A DNA stretch of 64,000 nt from positions 96,001 to 160,000 of the IMG/VR virus record IMGVR_UViG_3300047312_000028. One strand, given 5' to 3'. The stretch is from a virus. The notes beneath the pieces are model-generated. The model saw nothing but the letters and a program-made list of their open reading frames with translations. It was not told where the DNA came from and searched no databases. Shown here piece by piece: positions 47,876 to 57,338 of this stretch (position 1 is the first letter of the stretch; every line of letters begins with the position of its first letter). A program made the position numbers and the translations under genes.

Positions 47876-48507
47876 TGAAACTACAACACATTCATGACTT
47901 GGTTGTGAAGGTGCCAGAGGGTAGTCTCACTCCCAAGCAGATCATTCAGCCATTGAGAAAAGCGTTCAAACCCTATCCTTGGATACGGTTTGAGAAAAGA
48001 ATTATGTCTATTTCAAACGCAAAGGGTCTTGCTGATGGAATGCTTATCACTGGAAAGTTTGAGCATGATTGGGTTGATCGGCCAGTCTGCTTTGTGACAC
48101 TGTGGTTTCACTCTGGCAAAGAAGATAAGAGTATATGGTTCTCTGGTAAACTAAGAGATCGTATCTTGTTTGATATCTTTGCCACGATTGCTCATGAGCG
48201 CGTTCATATGTTGCAGGCGAAGAAAGCCAAAGCCTGCCCTCGAAACTTTCATGTGAATATAACGCATGATTGGATGTTGAAGCGCGATATTCAATATTAC
48301 GGATCGAAGATTGAGATTGATGCGTTCGGTCTTACTTCCGTGCTTGAAGATCGATTCGGTATGTCCGGTGAAATCATAGAACGTTATAGAAAGCTATTCA
48401 CACCTTATAGTCTTCTCTATAAGCGATTCTTAAAGAAAAAGTATGAGTACAACTTGAAAACTCCTCACATAAATAGTTCATTATGCAACCATTCAAAACT
48501 CACATAA
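47875..48507 (+). CDS. Hypothetical HExxH metalloprotease-like protein
   Basis: IAHERVHMLQ ... YYGSKIEIDAF. Confidence 0.6.
   Translation: MKLQHIHDLVVKVPEGSLTPKQIIQPLRKAFKPYPWIRFEKRIMSISNAKGLADGMLITGKFEHDWVDRPVCFVTLWFHSGKEDKSIWFSGKLRDRILFDIFATIAHERVHMLQAKKAKACPRNFHVNITHDWMLKRDIQYYGSKIEIDAFGLTSVLEDRFGMSGEIIERYRKLFTPYSLLYKRFLKKKYEYNLKTPHINSSLCNHSKLT
48468..48475 (+). promoter_or_regulatory. Late promoter variant CATAAATA
   Basis: 8 nt upstream of ATG 48483. Confidence 0.65.
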
Positions 48508-49700
48508 CAACAGAGAAGAATATACACCTAGAGCACATTGAAGACCAGGTGCTCAATCGTGGCGCCTATGGTGCGACAGAATCACTCAACTTCCTATTTG
48601 CGTTGCGTGATATGCTTGCCGGCCATGCGACTGCACCAATCAATCTTACCACTAAGTGGGACGGAGCACCGGCAGTTGTATGCGGAGTCAATCCAGAAAA
48701 CGATCAGTTCTTTGTTGGAACAAAATCAGTGCTCAACAAAACACCAAAGTTGAACTATACTGAGAGAGATATTAACGTCAATCACCCTAACGATGAACTT
48801 AATCAGAAGTTGAAGGCCTGTCTTCGATATCTTCCTAAGCTCGGTATCAAAGGTATCTTGCAAGGGGATCTGATGTTCACGAAAGGTGATGTGAAGGATC
48901 AAACCATCGACGGCCGAGAGTATGTGACGTTCACACCCAACACACTCACCTATGCGTTTCAGAAGGGTACTACACTTGCTGAGAGGATCAAAGAGGCACA
49001 ACTCGGTATCGTGTTTCATACATCATATCACGGCACGAAGATGGATAACCTAATCGCGTCTTACAACGTCGATATCGGGTACTTGAATCACCCCAAAGAA
49101 GTCTGGTATCGTGATGCTAGTTATGTGGATGAAACAGGCACGGTCACATTCACGCAAGAAGAACTGACATACTTGAATACACTCTTGAATAGTGCAGTCA
49201 AGTCATTTTCGGCGATCAATGACAAGGTACTCAACCAGATTGCGCTGAACGGTATCTATCGTGACAACATAAAGATTTTCAACAACACAAAGGTCCGCGC
49301 TGGCGAATCAATCTTAGATACGACACTATATACCAATCAGTTGATCCACTGGCTTGAAACTCGTATGACAGCAGCTATCGGTGAAGCGAAGTTACCAGAG
49401 ACAAAACGCAAGCGTACACAAGAGCGAACCAACGTCCTAGGGTTCTTAAGAGCCCATGCTCCTGAACTCAGATCGATTTTTGACTTGCAGAATCAACTTG
49501 TCTATGCTAAAATGTTTATCTTAAATAAGCTTCACCAAGTCAGCAACACACATACATTCCTACGAACAGAGACGGGATACAAAGCGACGAACCCAGAGGG
49601 GTTTGTGGCCGTCGATCATTTTGGCAATGCTGTTAAGCTTGTCGATAGACTCAGCTTTTCCCATGCGAACTTCACCGCCGCAAAGGATTGGTCAAAGTAA
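48483..49700 (+). CDS. DUF6267-like protein with ligase/nucleotidyltransferase-like motifs
   Basis: HLEHIED, TTKWDGAPA (KxDG), QGDLMF, PEGFV, VKLVDR; capsid-targeting-like N-terminus MQPFKTHITTE. Confidence 0.75.
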   Translation: MQPFKTHITTEKNIHLEHIEDQVLNRGAYGATESLNFLFALRDMLAGHATAPINLTTKWDGAPAVVCGVNPENDQFFVGTKSVLNKTPKLNYTERDINVNHPNDELNQKLKACLRYLPKLGIKGILQGDLMFTKGDVKDQTIDGREYVTFTPNTLTYAFQKGTTLAERIKEAQLGIVFHTSYHGTKMDNLIASYNVDIGYLNHPKEVWYRDASYVDETGTVTFTQEELTYLNTLLNSAVKSFSAINDKVLNQIALNGIYRDNIKIFNNTKVRAGESILDTTLYTNQLIHWLETRMTAAIGEAKLPETKRKRTQERTNVLGFLRAHAPELRSIFDLQNQLVYAKMFILNKLHQVSNTHTFLRTETGYKATNPEGFVAVDHFGNAVKLVDRLSFSHANFTAAKDWSK

Positions 49701-49716
49701 TAAAAATGGAGTGATT

Positions 49717-50598
49717 ATGAGCAAGCGTGATTTGGTAATCGGTGCAGTAACAGGCTACAAGTTCAATCAACTTCTCCCTTGGGTCAATAGTCTAGATCGA
49801 TCAGGCTTTGAAGGTATCAAGGCCTTGATTATGTACAACACAGACTTTGACACTGTGCGCGAACTCAACAACCGCGGATACGCGACGATTCTTCTTGGTA
49901 AAGATGATACAAAAGGAAACTTCGTTTATCATAAACAAGACTTTGCCATTGTAGTCGAACGGTTCCTCCATTACTATCTCTTCCTTGGTAACAACGACAA
50001 TGCTAACATCGTCCGAAATGTCATTGCAACCGATGTGAAGGATGTAATCTTCCAACATAACCCATCTACTTACCTCGATACACTAGAAGCCCGTAAGAAG
50101 AAGCTGGTAGCTTCCTCTGAAGCGATTGCTTATGAACATGAGCCGTGGGGCGCCAACAATCTATTACAGTCATTTGGTATCGAGATGTACGAACGACACA
50201 AGTCCAATATCGTTGTAAACTGCGGAGTCATTGCAGGTGAATTTTCAACGTTCATGGGATTGTGTAAGACGATCTATTTGGCATGTGCTGGCACGGTGCA
50301 ACATGTGCCTGGAGGTGGCGGTCCCGATCAAGCAGCATTGAACTTGATGATGGAGACTCCCGCCTATCAAGATATCACCGACTTTGCGACACATGAGTAT
50401 CCTTGGGCTGCACAATTGGGTACGACAATGGATCCCAATAAGATCAATGCGTATCTTCCCAACATTCACGAAGCATTGCCGGTCTTCAACCCAACTACAA
50501 ATATGGTGGAAACGCCATCTGGTATGCCGTATGCGATTGTACACCAGTGGGATCGTGTCCCTGAAGTCAAGCAAGCTGTGGAGAAACTTTATCTATGA
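49717..50598 (+). CDS. GT-A-like glycosyltransferase
   Basis: ATDVKDVIFQHNP, NCGVIAG, DQAALN, IVHQWDR. Confidence 0.7.
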   Translation: MSKRDLVIGAVTGYKFNQLLPWVNSLDRSGFEGIKALIMYNTDFDTVRELNNRGYATILLGKDDTKGNFVYHKQDFAIVVERFLHYYLFLGNNDNANIVRNVIATDVKDVIFQHNPSTYLDTLEARKKKLVASSEAIAYEHEPWGANNLLQSFGIEMYERHKSNIVVNCGVIAGEFSTFMGLCKTIYLACAGTVQHVPGGGGPDQAALNLMMETPAYQDITDFATHEYPWAAQLGTTMDPNKINAYLPNIHEALPVFNPTTNMVETPSGMPYAIVHQWDRVPEVKQAVEKLYL

Positions 50599-51617
50599 GC
50601 ACTGTAGAAGAATCCCCTGAGAATCGGAAAGTACCAGTCGTTCAAGAACCAGAACGACTGAGACGTATATGTTATGTGGTACATCGTTATGCGCCATATC
50701 CGGGTGGCTCTGAGAACTATGTACGCGACATGGCAGAAGAAACTGCTATGAGAGGTCACCATGTGGCGGTGTTCGCAGGTGAGCACATGGGTAATCAACG
50801 AGGCATTCGTGTGACTTCAGACCCAGCGATTCTGATGGAACGTTGGGATTTGATTGTCGTACATGGTGGTGATGTAGCGGTACAGAACTTCGTCTTGAAC
50901 AATGCACACCGACTTGGTGGTCCTGTGCTCTATATGCTCATTATGCCCTCCCACTCTGTTGAATGCGTAGGAGCACTCCATAAAGCTGCATACATAGGAT
51001 GCTCGACATATGCAGACTGGCGACATGTAACATCATATAATGCTCAAAATCGTTCGGTCAGAATTCGTCATGGAATCAACCTTGACTCTTCTGTGGGCAC
51101 TCCAGGCTTCCGTAAGAAGTACAATATTAAAACTAGGTACATGTTCTTATCATCTGGAGGATATTGGGCCAACAAAGCATTTAATGAATTGGTTGAGACC
51201 TTCAATAAGGTCAATCGCCATGATGTTACGTTAGTTCTAACTGGCTATGACAATCGATCAAACTTGATGCCCAAAGCGAGTGAATTTGTGAAACCGTTCT
51301 TGTTAGATGATCGTGGGGAGATGTTATCGGCCCTTATGGATTCCGATCTATATATCCTCAATAGTCACAGTGAGGGGTTTGGATTGGTGTTGCTTGAATC
51401 GATGTTGAATCTAACCCCGTGGGTGGGGCGACACATTGCAGGCGCAGAACTCATGAGAGAATTTGGGAAGACATATACCACGCAAAATGAACTAGCTCGA
51501 TATCTGAATGACTTTGTGGGGCAGACTGCGGCGCATTTACTCGAATCACAGAAGTATGTTATGTCCACGCACCTTATTAGACATACGGTCTCTGATATCT
51601 TAAGGGTATTTAAGTGA
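50595..51617 (+). CDS. GT4 (GT-B) glycosyltransferase
   Basis: PGGSENYV, HGIN, SHSEGFGLVLLESM. Confidence 0.88.
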   Translation: MSTVEESPENRKVPVVQEPERLRRICYVVHRYAPYPGGSENYVRDMAEETAMRGHHVAVFAGEHMGNQRGIRVTSDPAILMERWDLIVVHGGDVAVQNFVLNNAHRLGGPVLYMLIMPSHSVECVGALHKAAYIGCSTYADWRHVTSYNAQNRSVRIRHGINLDSSVGTPGFRKKYNIKTRYMFLSSGGYWANKAFNELVETFNKVNRHDVTLVLTGYDNRSNLMPKASEFVKPFLLDDRGEMLSALMDSDLYILNSHSEGFGLVLLESMLNLTPWVGRHIAGAELMREFGKTYTTQNELARYLNDFVGQTAAHLLESQKYVMSTHLIRHTVSDILRVFK

Positions 51618-52240
51618 ACCTAACGTTTGGTGTCTTGACAGCATACGAAGATCACACACGGCTGAACGCGGTGATTCAGTCGATCAAAGATTTGAATGTA
51701 CCAAACTCTGAGGTGATTGTTGCGGGGTCTTATAGTCCAAATAAGCTTCCTACAACAGGCGCCTTTGAAGGAGTTGGACATATTCTCACTGACGGTTGGA
51801 TCACTCGTAAGAAGAACTTAATTGCCAATCTAGCCCTCGGTGAAGTGTTAGTGCTTGTTCATGACTATTATCTCTTTGATAAAGGGTGGTATCGATCATA
51901 TGAGAAGTTTGGGTATGATTGGGATATTTGCAGCAATCCGCAGTTTCTACAGAATGGGCGGAGACATTTTACTGATTGGGTGGTGTGGGATTCCCCGACC
52001 TATCCAAGGTATCATTCGTTGTGTTATGACGATTTGAGTCAAACTAAATATCAGTATATTTCAGGTGGTTATTTTCTTGTGAAGAGAGATTTCTTACAAG
52101 CGTACCCCCTTAACGAAGAGATGCAACCTGGGTCACCAGAAGACGTTGAGTGGAGTCTACGAGTCAGAGACGTAGCAACAATCAAATGCAACCCGTGGGC
52201 AATCGTTCGCCACAATAAGAGGCACCGTGACTGCAAATAA
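51614..52240 (+). CDS. GT2-like glycosyltransferase
   Basis: WITRKKNL, VHDY, SGGYFLVK, EDVEWS. Confidence 0.7.
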   Translation: MNLTFGVLTAYEDHTRLNAVIQSIKDLNVPNSEVIVAGSYSPNKLPTTGAFEGVGHILTDGWITRKKNLIANLALGEVLVLVHDYYLFDKGWYRSYEKFGYDWDICSNPQFLQNGRRHFTDWVVWDSPTYPRYHSLCYDDLSQTKYQYISGGYFLVKRDFLQAYPLNEEMQPGSPEDVEWSLRVRDVATIKCNPWAIVRHNKRHRDCK

Positions 52241-53600
52241 ACTTGTGATATTTGATTTAGATGGTGTATTAGTTAAGAGTCGAGAGATTCACTTTGAGGC
52301 GCTGAATAAGGCCTTAGCTGAAGTGCATCCTAATTGGGAGATCGGTTGGGAGGAACACCTCGCTAAGTATGATGGTCTCCCTACAACAAAGAAACTTCAA
52401 TTACTCACGGAAGAGAAAGCATTTCCAGAACACTACTACGATCAAATTTGGAAAGCCAAACAAAAATATACAGTCGAACTCTATCAACAGATACAACCTA
52501 GTATCAAGCTGCAAGGACTATTAAAACATTTAAAGGATTGTAATATCAGAATCGCCGTAGCATCTAATAGCATACGTGAGACCATGGAAACGGCGTTGAT
52601 TCGTTTGGGTATAAGAAGTATGGTAGGATGCACAGTGTCTAATGAAGATGTGCAGTATCCTAAGCCGTATCCGGAAATGTACTGGAACTGTATGTCGTTC
52701 TTTAAGGCGCTACCAGAGAACACTGTGATTATCGAAGACTCTCATATCGGTAGGGAGGCTGCACTTGCAAGTAGAGCACATTTAGTTCCTGTGAGTGACC
52801 CTGAAGACCTCACATGGAAGACGATCAGCCATACCATCGACATATTAAATGGTGTAGGCAAGACCAACGTGCCATGGCGCAATAAGAAGATGAATGTGGT
52901 CATTCCTATGGCAGGTCATGGTTCACGCTTTGCACAAGCAGGCTACACATTCCCAAAGCCACTCATTGAAGTGAACGGCAAGCCGATGATTCAGCTTGTC
53001 GTAGAGAACCTAAACATCGACGCTCACTACATTTTCATTGTGCAGAAAGAGCATCATGATAAGTACCAACTCAAGTATATGCTCAATCTGATTGCACCTG
53101 GTTGTGATATCGTACAAGTAGAAGGAGTAACAGAAGGCGCGGCATGCACCACGCTTCTTGCTTCGCACCTTTATGGTAATGGAGATCCTCTCTTGATTGC
53201 CAACTCCGATCAATTTATTAAATGGAACTCCAATGAATGTTTGTATGCGTTCACCGCAGACGGCATTGATGCTGGGTTGTTAACCTTTAAGTCGATACAT
53301 CCTAAGTGGTCATTTGCTCGATTAGGACCTGATGGATTTGTTGCTGAAGTGGCAGAGAAGCGTCCTATCTCAGACTTAGCATCTGTGGGTATATACTACT
53401 GGAAGCAGGGGCTTGATTATGTGCTGTACGCAGATAGAATGCTCCGAAAAAACATTCGCGTCAACAATGAATTCTATGTGTGTCCTGTGCTCAACGAAGC
53501 AATCGCCGATGGGAAGAAAGTTCGCGTCAAGAGTGTGGAAGAGATGTGGGGTCTGGGTACACCTGAAGATTTGAAAACATATTTGGAGCATCATCCATGA
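52227..53600 (+). CDS. HAD phosphatase fused to sugar-phosphate nucleotidyltransferase
   Basis: FDLDGVL, KPYPEMY, IEDS; IPMAGHGSRF..PKPLI, EGAACT, NSDQ, GLGTPEDL. Confidence 0.9.
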   Translation: MTANKLVIFDLDGVLVKSREIHFEALNKALAEVHPNWEIGWEEHLAKYDGLPTTKKLQLLTEEKAFPEHYYDQIWKAKQKYTVELYQQIQPSIKLQGLLKHLKDCNIRIAVASNSIRETMETALIRLGIRSMVGCTVSNEDVQYPKPYPEMYWNCMSFFKALPENTVIIEDSHIGREAALASRAHLVPVSDPEDLTWKTISHTIDILNGVGKTNVPWRNKKMNVVIPMAGHGSRFAQAGYTFPKPLIEVNGKPMIQLVVENLNIDAHYIFIVQKEHHDKYQLKYMLNLIAPGCDIVQVEGVTEGAACTTLLASHLYGNGDPLLIANSDQFIKWNSNECLYAFTADGIDAGLLTFKSIHPKWSFARLGPDGFVAEVAEKRPISDLASVGIYYWKQGLDYVLYADRMLRKNIRVNNEFYVCPVLNEAIADGKKVRVKSVEEMWGLGTPEDLKTYLEHHP

Positions 53601-54127
53601 GTGTTATAGTAGAAGTAGGCGCCCATTTAGGTGCTGAGACATTTAATTTTCTAGGCGATGCTGAGGCACTGGTCTATGCGTTTGAGCCAGAACAACGAAG
53701 CTTTGCAGAACTCTATCGTAAAGCACAATCCTACCCACGACTCACGGTCCTTCCATTCGCTGTTGATATCGGGGACAATCAAGAACCATTGTTTCATAGA
53801 GAATCGGGATTCAGCACACTTGATCCTCCAGCATTCGGTTCGCAGAGTGCTCAATTTACGATGACATGGACCATTCGTCTAGACACGTTCATGACGCTCT
53901 ATAACATCGAAAAGATTGATTATCTACGAATCGACGCTCCACTACGGGAAGAGATGTGCTTGGAGAGTATCGACACCCGTATAAAAGACGTACAGAGAGG
54001 ACGCATTCGACGCTACGGCCCTCGATCCGTGGTTCCTGCATGGTTACTTGACCACGGCTTCCATCTTGAACTAGACACAACTTCTGATAATGTGACAGAT
54101 CCTGATATTCGATTCTGGAGGACATAA
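53597..54127 (+). CDS. FkbM-family methyltransferase
   Basis: VEVGAHLG, YAFEP, IRLDTF, IDYLRID. Confidence 0.8.
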   Translation: MSVIVEVGAHLGAETFNFLGDAEALVYAFEPEQRSFAELYRKAQSYPRLTVLPFAVDIGDNQEPLFHRESGFSTLDPPAFGSQSAQFTMTWTIRLDTFMTLYNIEKIDYLRIDAPLREEMCLESIDTRIKDVQRGRIRRYGPRSVVPAWLLDHGFHLELDTTSDNVTDPDIRFWRT

Positions 54128-54906
54128 TGAATACGTGGATTTTGACATTTAACAGGCCAGCAGCACTTAATAGACAAATTTCTTCATTCAAAACATGGAC
54201 AGGTGTGAATATTTTCACCAACCACCCCTATGTGCAACTCAATCAGGAACACCATGATTCTCACTCCGCAGGGAATTTGCCAGTACTTTATAATTCACTC
54301 TCAGACCAAGAAGCAACTTCCTATTGTGCTAGAAGTTGGAACAACATATTCTTAAAGGGGTTTAAGTATGTCGATGAAATGATCTGTGTTCAAGATGATA
54401 CCTTTATCACTGACCCAGAACGATTCAAGGACCTGATTCTCAGCAACAAAGACAAGTATGATTTGATATGGGGACCTGCTGGTGACCAGTTCTTCTACCT
54501 CAAAAAGAAAGTCCTACAGACGGTAGGATGGTTCGATGAACGCTACCTTGGTTGCTACTGTGGAGATGCTGATTGGCTCAAACGTGTGTGGAATAACTAC
54601 GACCGTAACCGTTTGTCAATCTCCGAATCCCACGACTGGGGATTCAAACACAACAACATTGGGTTGGAGAATATCATCCCTACCCATATCAATTCTAAGC
54701 GAATTGACGCCACATATATAAATCAGCATGAGGAGATAGAACAGGCTGTAGGCGCCAAAACGAATCGTGTTCTTGAGCACTCTCAGTTATTCTATGAGGA
54801 GAAGTGGGGGCACCCACTCAATGGCAATCCATTGAATTCACGAGTGGAACCTCTTATCGAAGAGATTGATTGGTATCCGTGGTTCACAGAGAAGTATCTA
54901 AAGTAA
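54127..54906 (+). CDS. GT2-like glycosyltransferase
   Basis: LTFNRP, ARSWN, QDD, VGWFDERY, DADW. Confidence 0.75.
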   Translation: MNTWILTFNRPAALNRQISSFKTWTGVNIFTNHPYVQLNQEHHDSHSAGNLPVLYNSLSDQEATSYCARSWNNIFLKGFKYVDEMICVQDDTFITDPERFKDLILSNKDKYDLIWGPAGDQFFYLKKKVLQTVGWFDERYLGCYCGDADWLKRVWNNYDRNRLSISESHDWGFKHNNIGLENIIPTHINSKRIDATYINQHEEIEQAVGAKTNRVLEHSQLFYEEKWGHPLNGNPLNSRVEPLIEEIDWYPWFTEKYLK

Positions 54907-54928
54907 TTTATTTTAACTAGGAGGTATC

Positions 54929-55384
54929 ATGAAAAAGTTACTAAGTTTTATTGTGTTGGCATTTATGTTGGTGTTTGGATCAACATCCTATGCTGATACC
55001 ACAACAAGTGCACCTATCAATATTGACGGAAACGCATTCTATAATGCCACTTTCACACCGGCCGGTGGAACTTGTGTACTCTCTAACCAGATTCATATTG
55101 ACGGTCTCAACCACGTCATGATCTACTCTAAGGTTGATAATAACGCATTCGCTGAGGCTGGTGGTTATATGATCGTTGAATTCAGCCCAAATGGAGTGGT
55201 CTGGTATGATCTACAAGGAACGGGTTGGTCTTTTGCGTCAGGTTGGTTGGTGCCATTCCCACCTGCCAATGGGGTATATAATTACACATTTTCCTATCCT
55301 ACAGGTTCTGTTGTGGCTACAGATATTAGATTTAAGGTGTGTTTCGCTGTTGTTAATTTGACAGTCTCGGTATTTGGGAGGTAA
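54929..55384 (+). CDS. Secreted beta-rich protein with signal peptide
   Basis: MKKLLSFIVLAFMLVFGSTSYA signal; GGAGG SD. Confidence 0.75.
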   Translation: MKKLLSFIVLAFMLVFGSTSYADTTTSAPINIDGNAFYNATFTPAGGTCVLSNQIHIDGLNHVMIYSKVDNNAFAEAGGYMIVEFSPNGVVWYDLQGTGWSFASGWLVPFPPANGVYNYTFSYPTGSVVATDIRFKVCFAVVNLTVSVFGR

Positions 55385-55385
55385 T

Positions 55386-56066
55386 ATGTCAGAACATTTG
55401 AAGCCTTTTTGGAACGAAGAAGCCTCCCGATGGTCCTTGACAAACAAGAACCCTCTTGTCGGTTGGTATGATGAACACATGAATGACACTCAAGAGGGGG
55501 AGATATTATTCCGAGGCATTCCAACGAAGGTAGGCTCGCTGGCCTTAGAGTTTGGGTGTGGGCCGGGACGTAACTTCATTAAGTTCCGTGATTGGTTCAG
55601 CCGTATTGATGGAGTAGATATCTCTGATGAAATATTAAGAAAACTTCCTCTCAACTTAGCAGAGTCGAATACGCCAGTCCCAAATACATGGTTGATCGAT
55701 GGTCACTCTCTACCCGAGGTGCCATCCAACACCTATGATGTGGTATTCTCTATTATCTGTATGCAGCATATCTCTTGCCGATCCTGGCGCTTGGAGTTGT
55801 ACAGAGAATTTATGAGAGTACTCAAGCCAGGTGGCTTCTTCACATTTCAGATGGGATTCGGCCCAGGCCATCCTATCTCACGGGATTACTTCCATGAATA
55901 CGGGCCCGAAGACTTGATACATCGTGATACGAGGGTAGAAGATCCTGATGCACTTAAGAAGGATCTGATGGACCAAGGATTTGAGGGATTTGATTACAAA
56001 CTTACTGTACCTTGTCATGACCAGCATCCATCGTGGATTTGGGCGCGAGTGCAGAAGCCTTTATAA
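55386..56066 (+). CDS. Class I SAM-dependent methyltransferase
   Basis: LEFGCGPGRN, DGVDIS, YDVVFS, LKPGG. Confidence 0.9.
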   Translation: MSEHLKPFWNEEASRWSLTNKNPLVGWYDEHMNDTQEGEILFRGIPTKVGSLALEFGCGPGRNFIKFRDWFSRIDGVDISDEILRKLPLNLAESNTPVPNTWLIDGHSLPEVPSNTYDVVFSIICMQHISCRSWRLELYREFMRVLKPGGFFTFQMGFGPGHPISRDYFHEYGPEDLIHRDTRVEDPDALKKDLMDQGFEGFDYKLTVPCHDQHPSWIWARVQKPL

Positions 56067-56082
56067 TATTTAAGAGGTTATT

Positions 56083-56829
56083 ATGAGCGTTGGAGAAAGC
56101 AGCTTTCTACAGAGACAACAGAGATTTTGGGGCGACATTGCGAAGACCTGGAGTCTTCAGAATAAGAATCCTATCGTCGGTTGGTACAATGAGCACCAGA
56201 ACTTTCCAGAGTACGATACGGTCCTGTTCAGAGATATTGCTATCACAGGGCAAGAGGTCGTACTTGAGTATGGTTGTGGGCCTGCACGAAACATCATTCG
56301 ATGGTATGGAAAGTTCAAGCGTATTGATGGTGTAGACATTGCGCCTGAGTGCATCGAAAAAGCCAAGATCAACCTTGCCGCTTCGCGTCTTCCAGAACCC
56401 AATCTCTGGTCGAACGATGGTCGCTCACTTAATATGATCGACTCAGCAGGAAAAGATCCTAATAACCCAGGCCCAAGTGAGTGGCAGGGTTATGATATTG
56501 TGTTCATGGTGATTAGTCACCAGCATATCACGTCCCGCGCTGTGCGTTTGCATTTGTATAGAGAATTCTTACGTGTCTTGAAGCCGGGCGGACACTTATG
56601 TTTCCAAACAGGCTTCGGTCCTGGACATCCACGTTCTGTTGATTACTTTGCCGAAGACTTTAACACTGAAGCAGACTTCGTGGATAAAGACGTGCGAGTA
56701 GAGAACGTAGAGATTATCAAGGCCGACTTGGTCAACCAGGGATTCACTTGGCTCGATCATGCAATCACGAGGACCTGTAAGGATGAACACCCAGCTTGGT
56801 TGTGGGTGCGTTGTCAAAAACCATTATGA
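56083..56829 (+). CDS. Class I SAM-dependent methyltransferase (paralog of the upstream gene)
   Basis: LEYGCGPARN, DGVDIA, LKPGG; shares NKNP.VGWY, GFGPGHP and HP.W.W.R.QKPL with its neighbour. Confidence 0.9.
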   Translation: MSVGESSFLQRQQRFWGDIAKTWSLQNKNPIVGWYNEHQNFPEYDTVLFRDIAITGQEVVLEYGCGPARNIIRWYGKFKRIDGVDIAPECIEKAKINLAASRLPEPNLWSNDGRSLNMIDSAGKDPNNPGPSEWQGYDIVFMVISHQHITSRAVRLHLYREFLRVLKPGGHLCFQTGFGPGHPRSVDYFAEDFNTEADFVDKDVRVENVEIIKADLVNQGFTWLDHAITRTCKDEHPAWLWVRCQKPL

Positions 56830-57299
56830 TCTATATTGCGCACAGAGGTAATATCAAAGGTTCGGATCCTCAACGAGAAAATGCGCCTGGATACATCGAC
56901 GAGGCTTTGAACCTGGGGTATAAAGCTGAGGTTGATCTGTGGGCAGAGGGTGACCAATTGTGGCTCGGCCACGATGCTCCCCTTTACCCAATCTACATTG
57001 ATTTCATTCGATGTAGACAACGAGAACTCTTTGTTCACTGCAAGAATACAGATGCACTAGATGCCGTAAGATCAGGTAAAGTTGATGCCCATTACTTCTT
57101 TCACCAACATGATGACTACACATTGACCAGTGAAGGCCTTGTATGGGTCTATCCTGGTCGCATGATGTGTGATAAGTCAATCCTCGTCCTTCCTGAGTCG
57201 TGGCTTAACAACGATCAGTATGTTGATTACATAGAGCGATGGCAAGGTAAGATCGTTGGTGTGTGTTCAGATTTTGTTGACACACTCAAGACTTTATAA
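56826..57299 (+). CDS. Glycerophosphodiester phosphodiesterase-like protein
   Basis: IAHRGN, EN, EVDLW, LGHD, HCKN, GVCSD. Confidence 0.8.
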   Translation: MIYIAHRGNIKGSDPQRENAPGYIDEALNLGYKAEVDLWAEGDQLWLGHDAPLYPIYIDFIRCRQRELFVHCKNTDALDAVRSGKVDAHYFFHQHDDYTLTSEGLVWVYPGRMMCDKSILVLPESWLNNDQYVDYIERWQGKIVGVCSDFVDTLKTL

Positions 57300-57302
57300 A
57301 TA
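57295..57302 (+). promoter_or_regulatory. Late promoter TATAAATA
   Basis: Exact consensus upstream of the 57339-62910 block. Confidence 0.8.
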
Positions 57303-57338
57303 CACCACAATCTAATATTCCTGTAGAGGGGATAGTCC

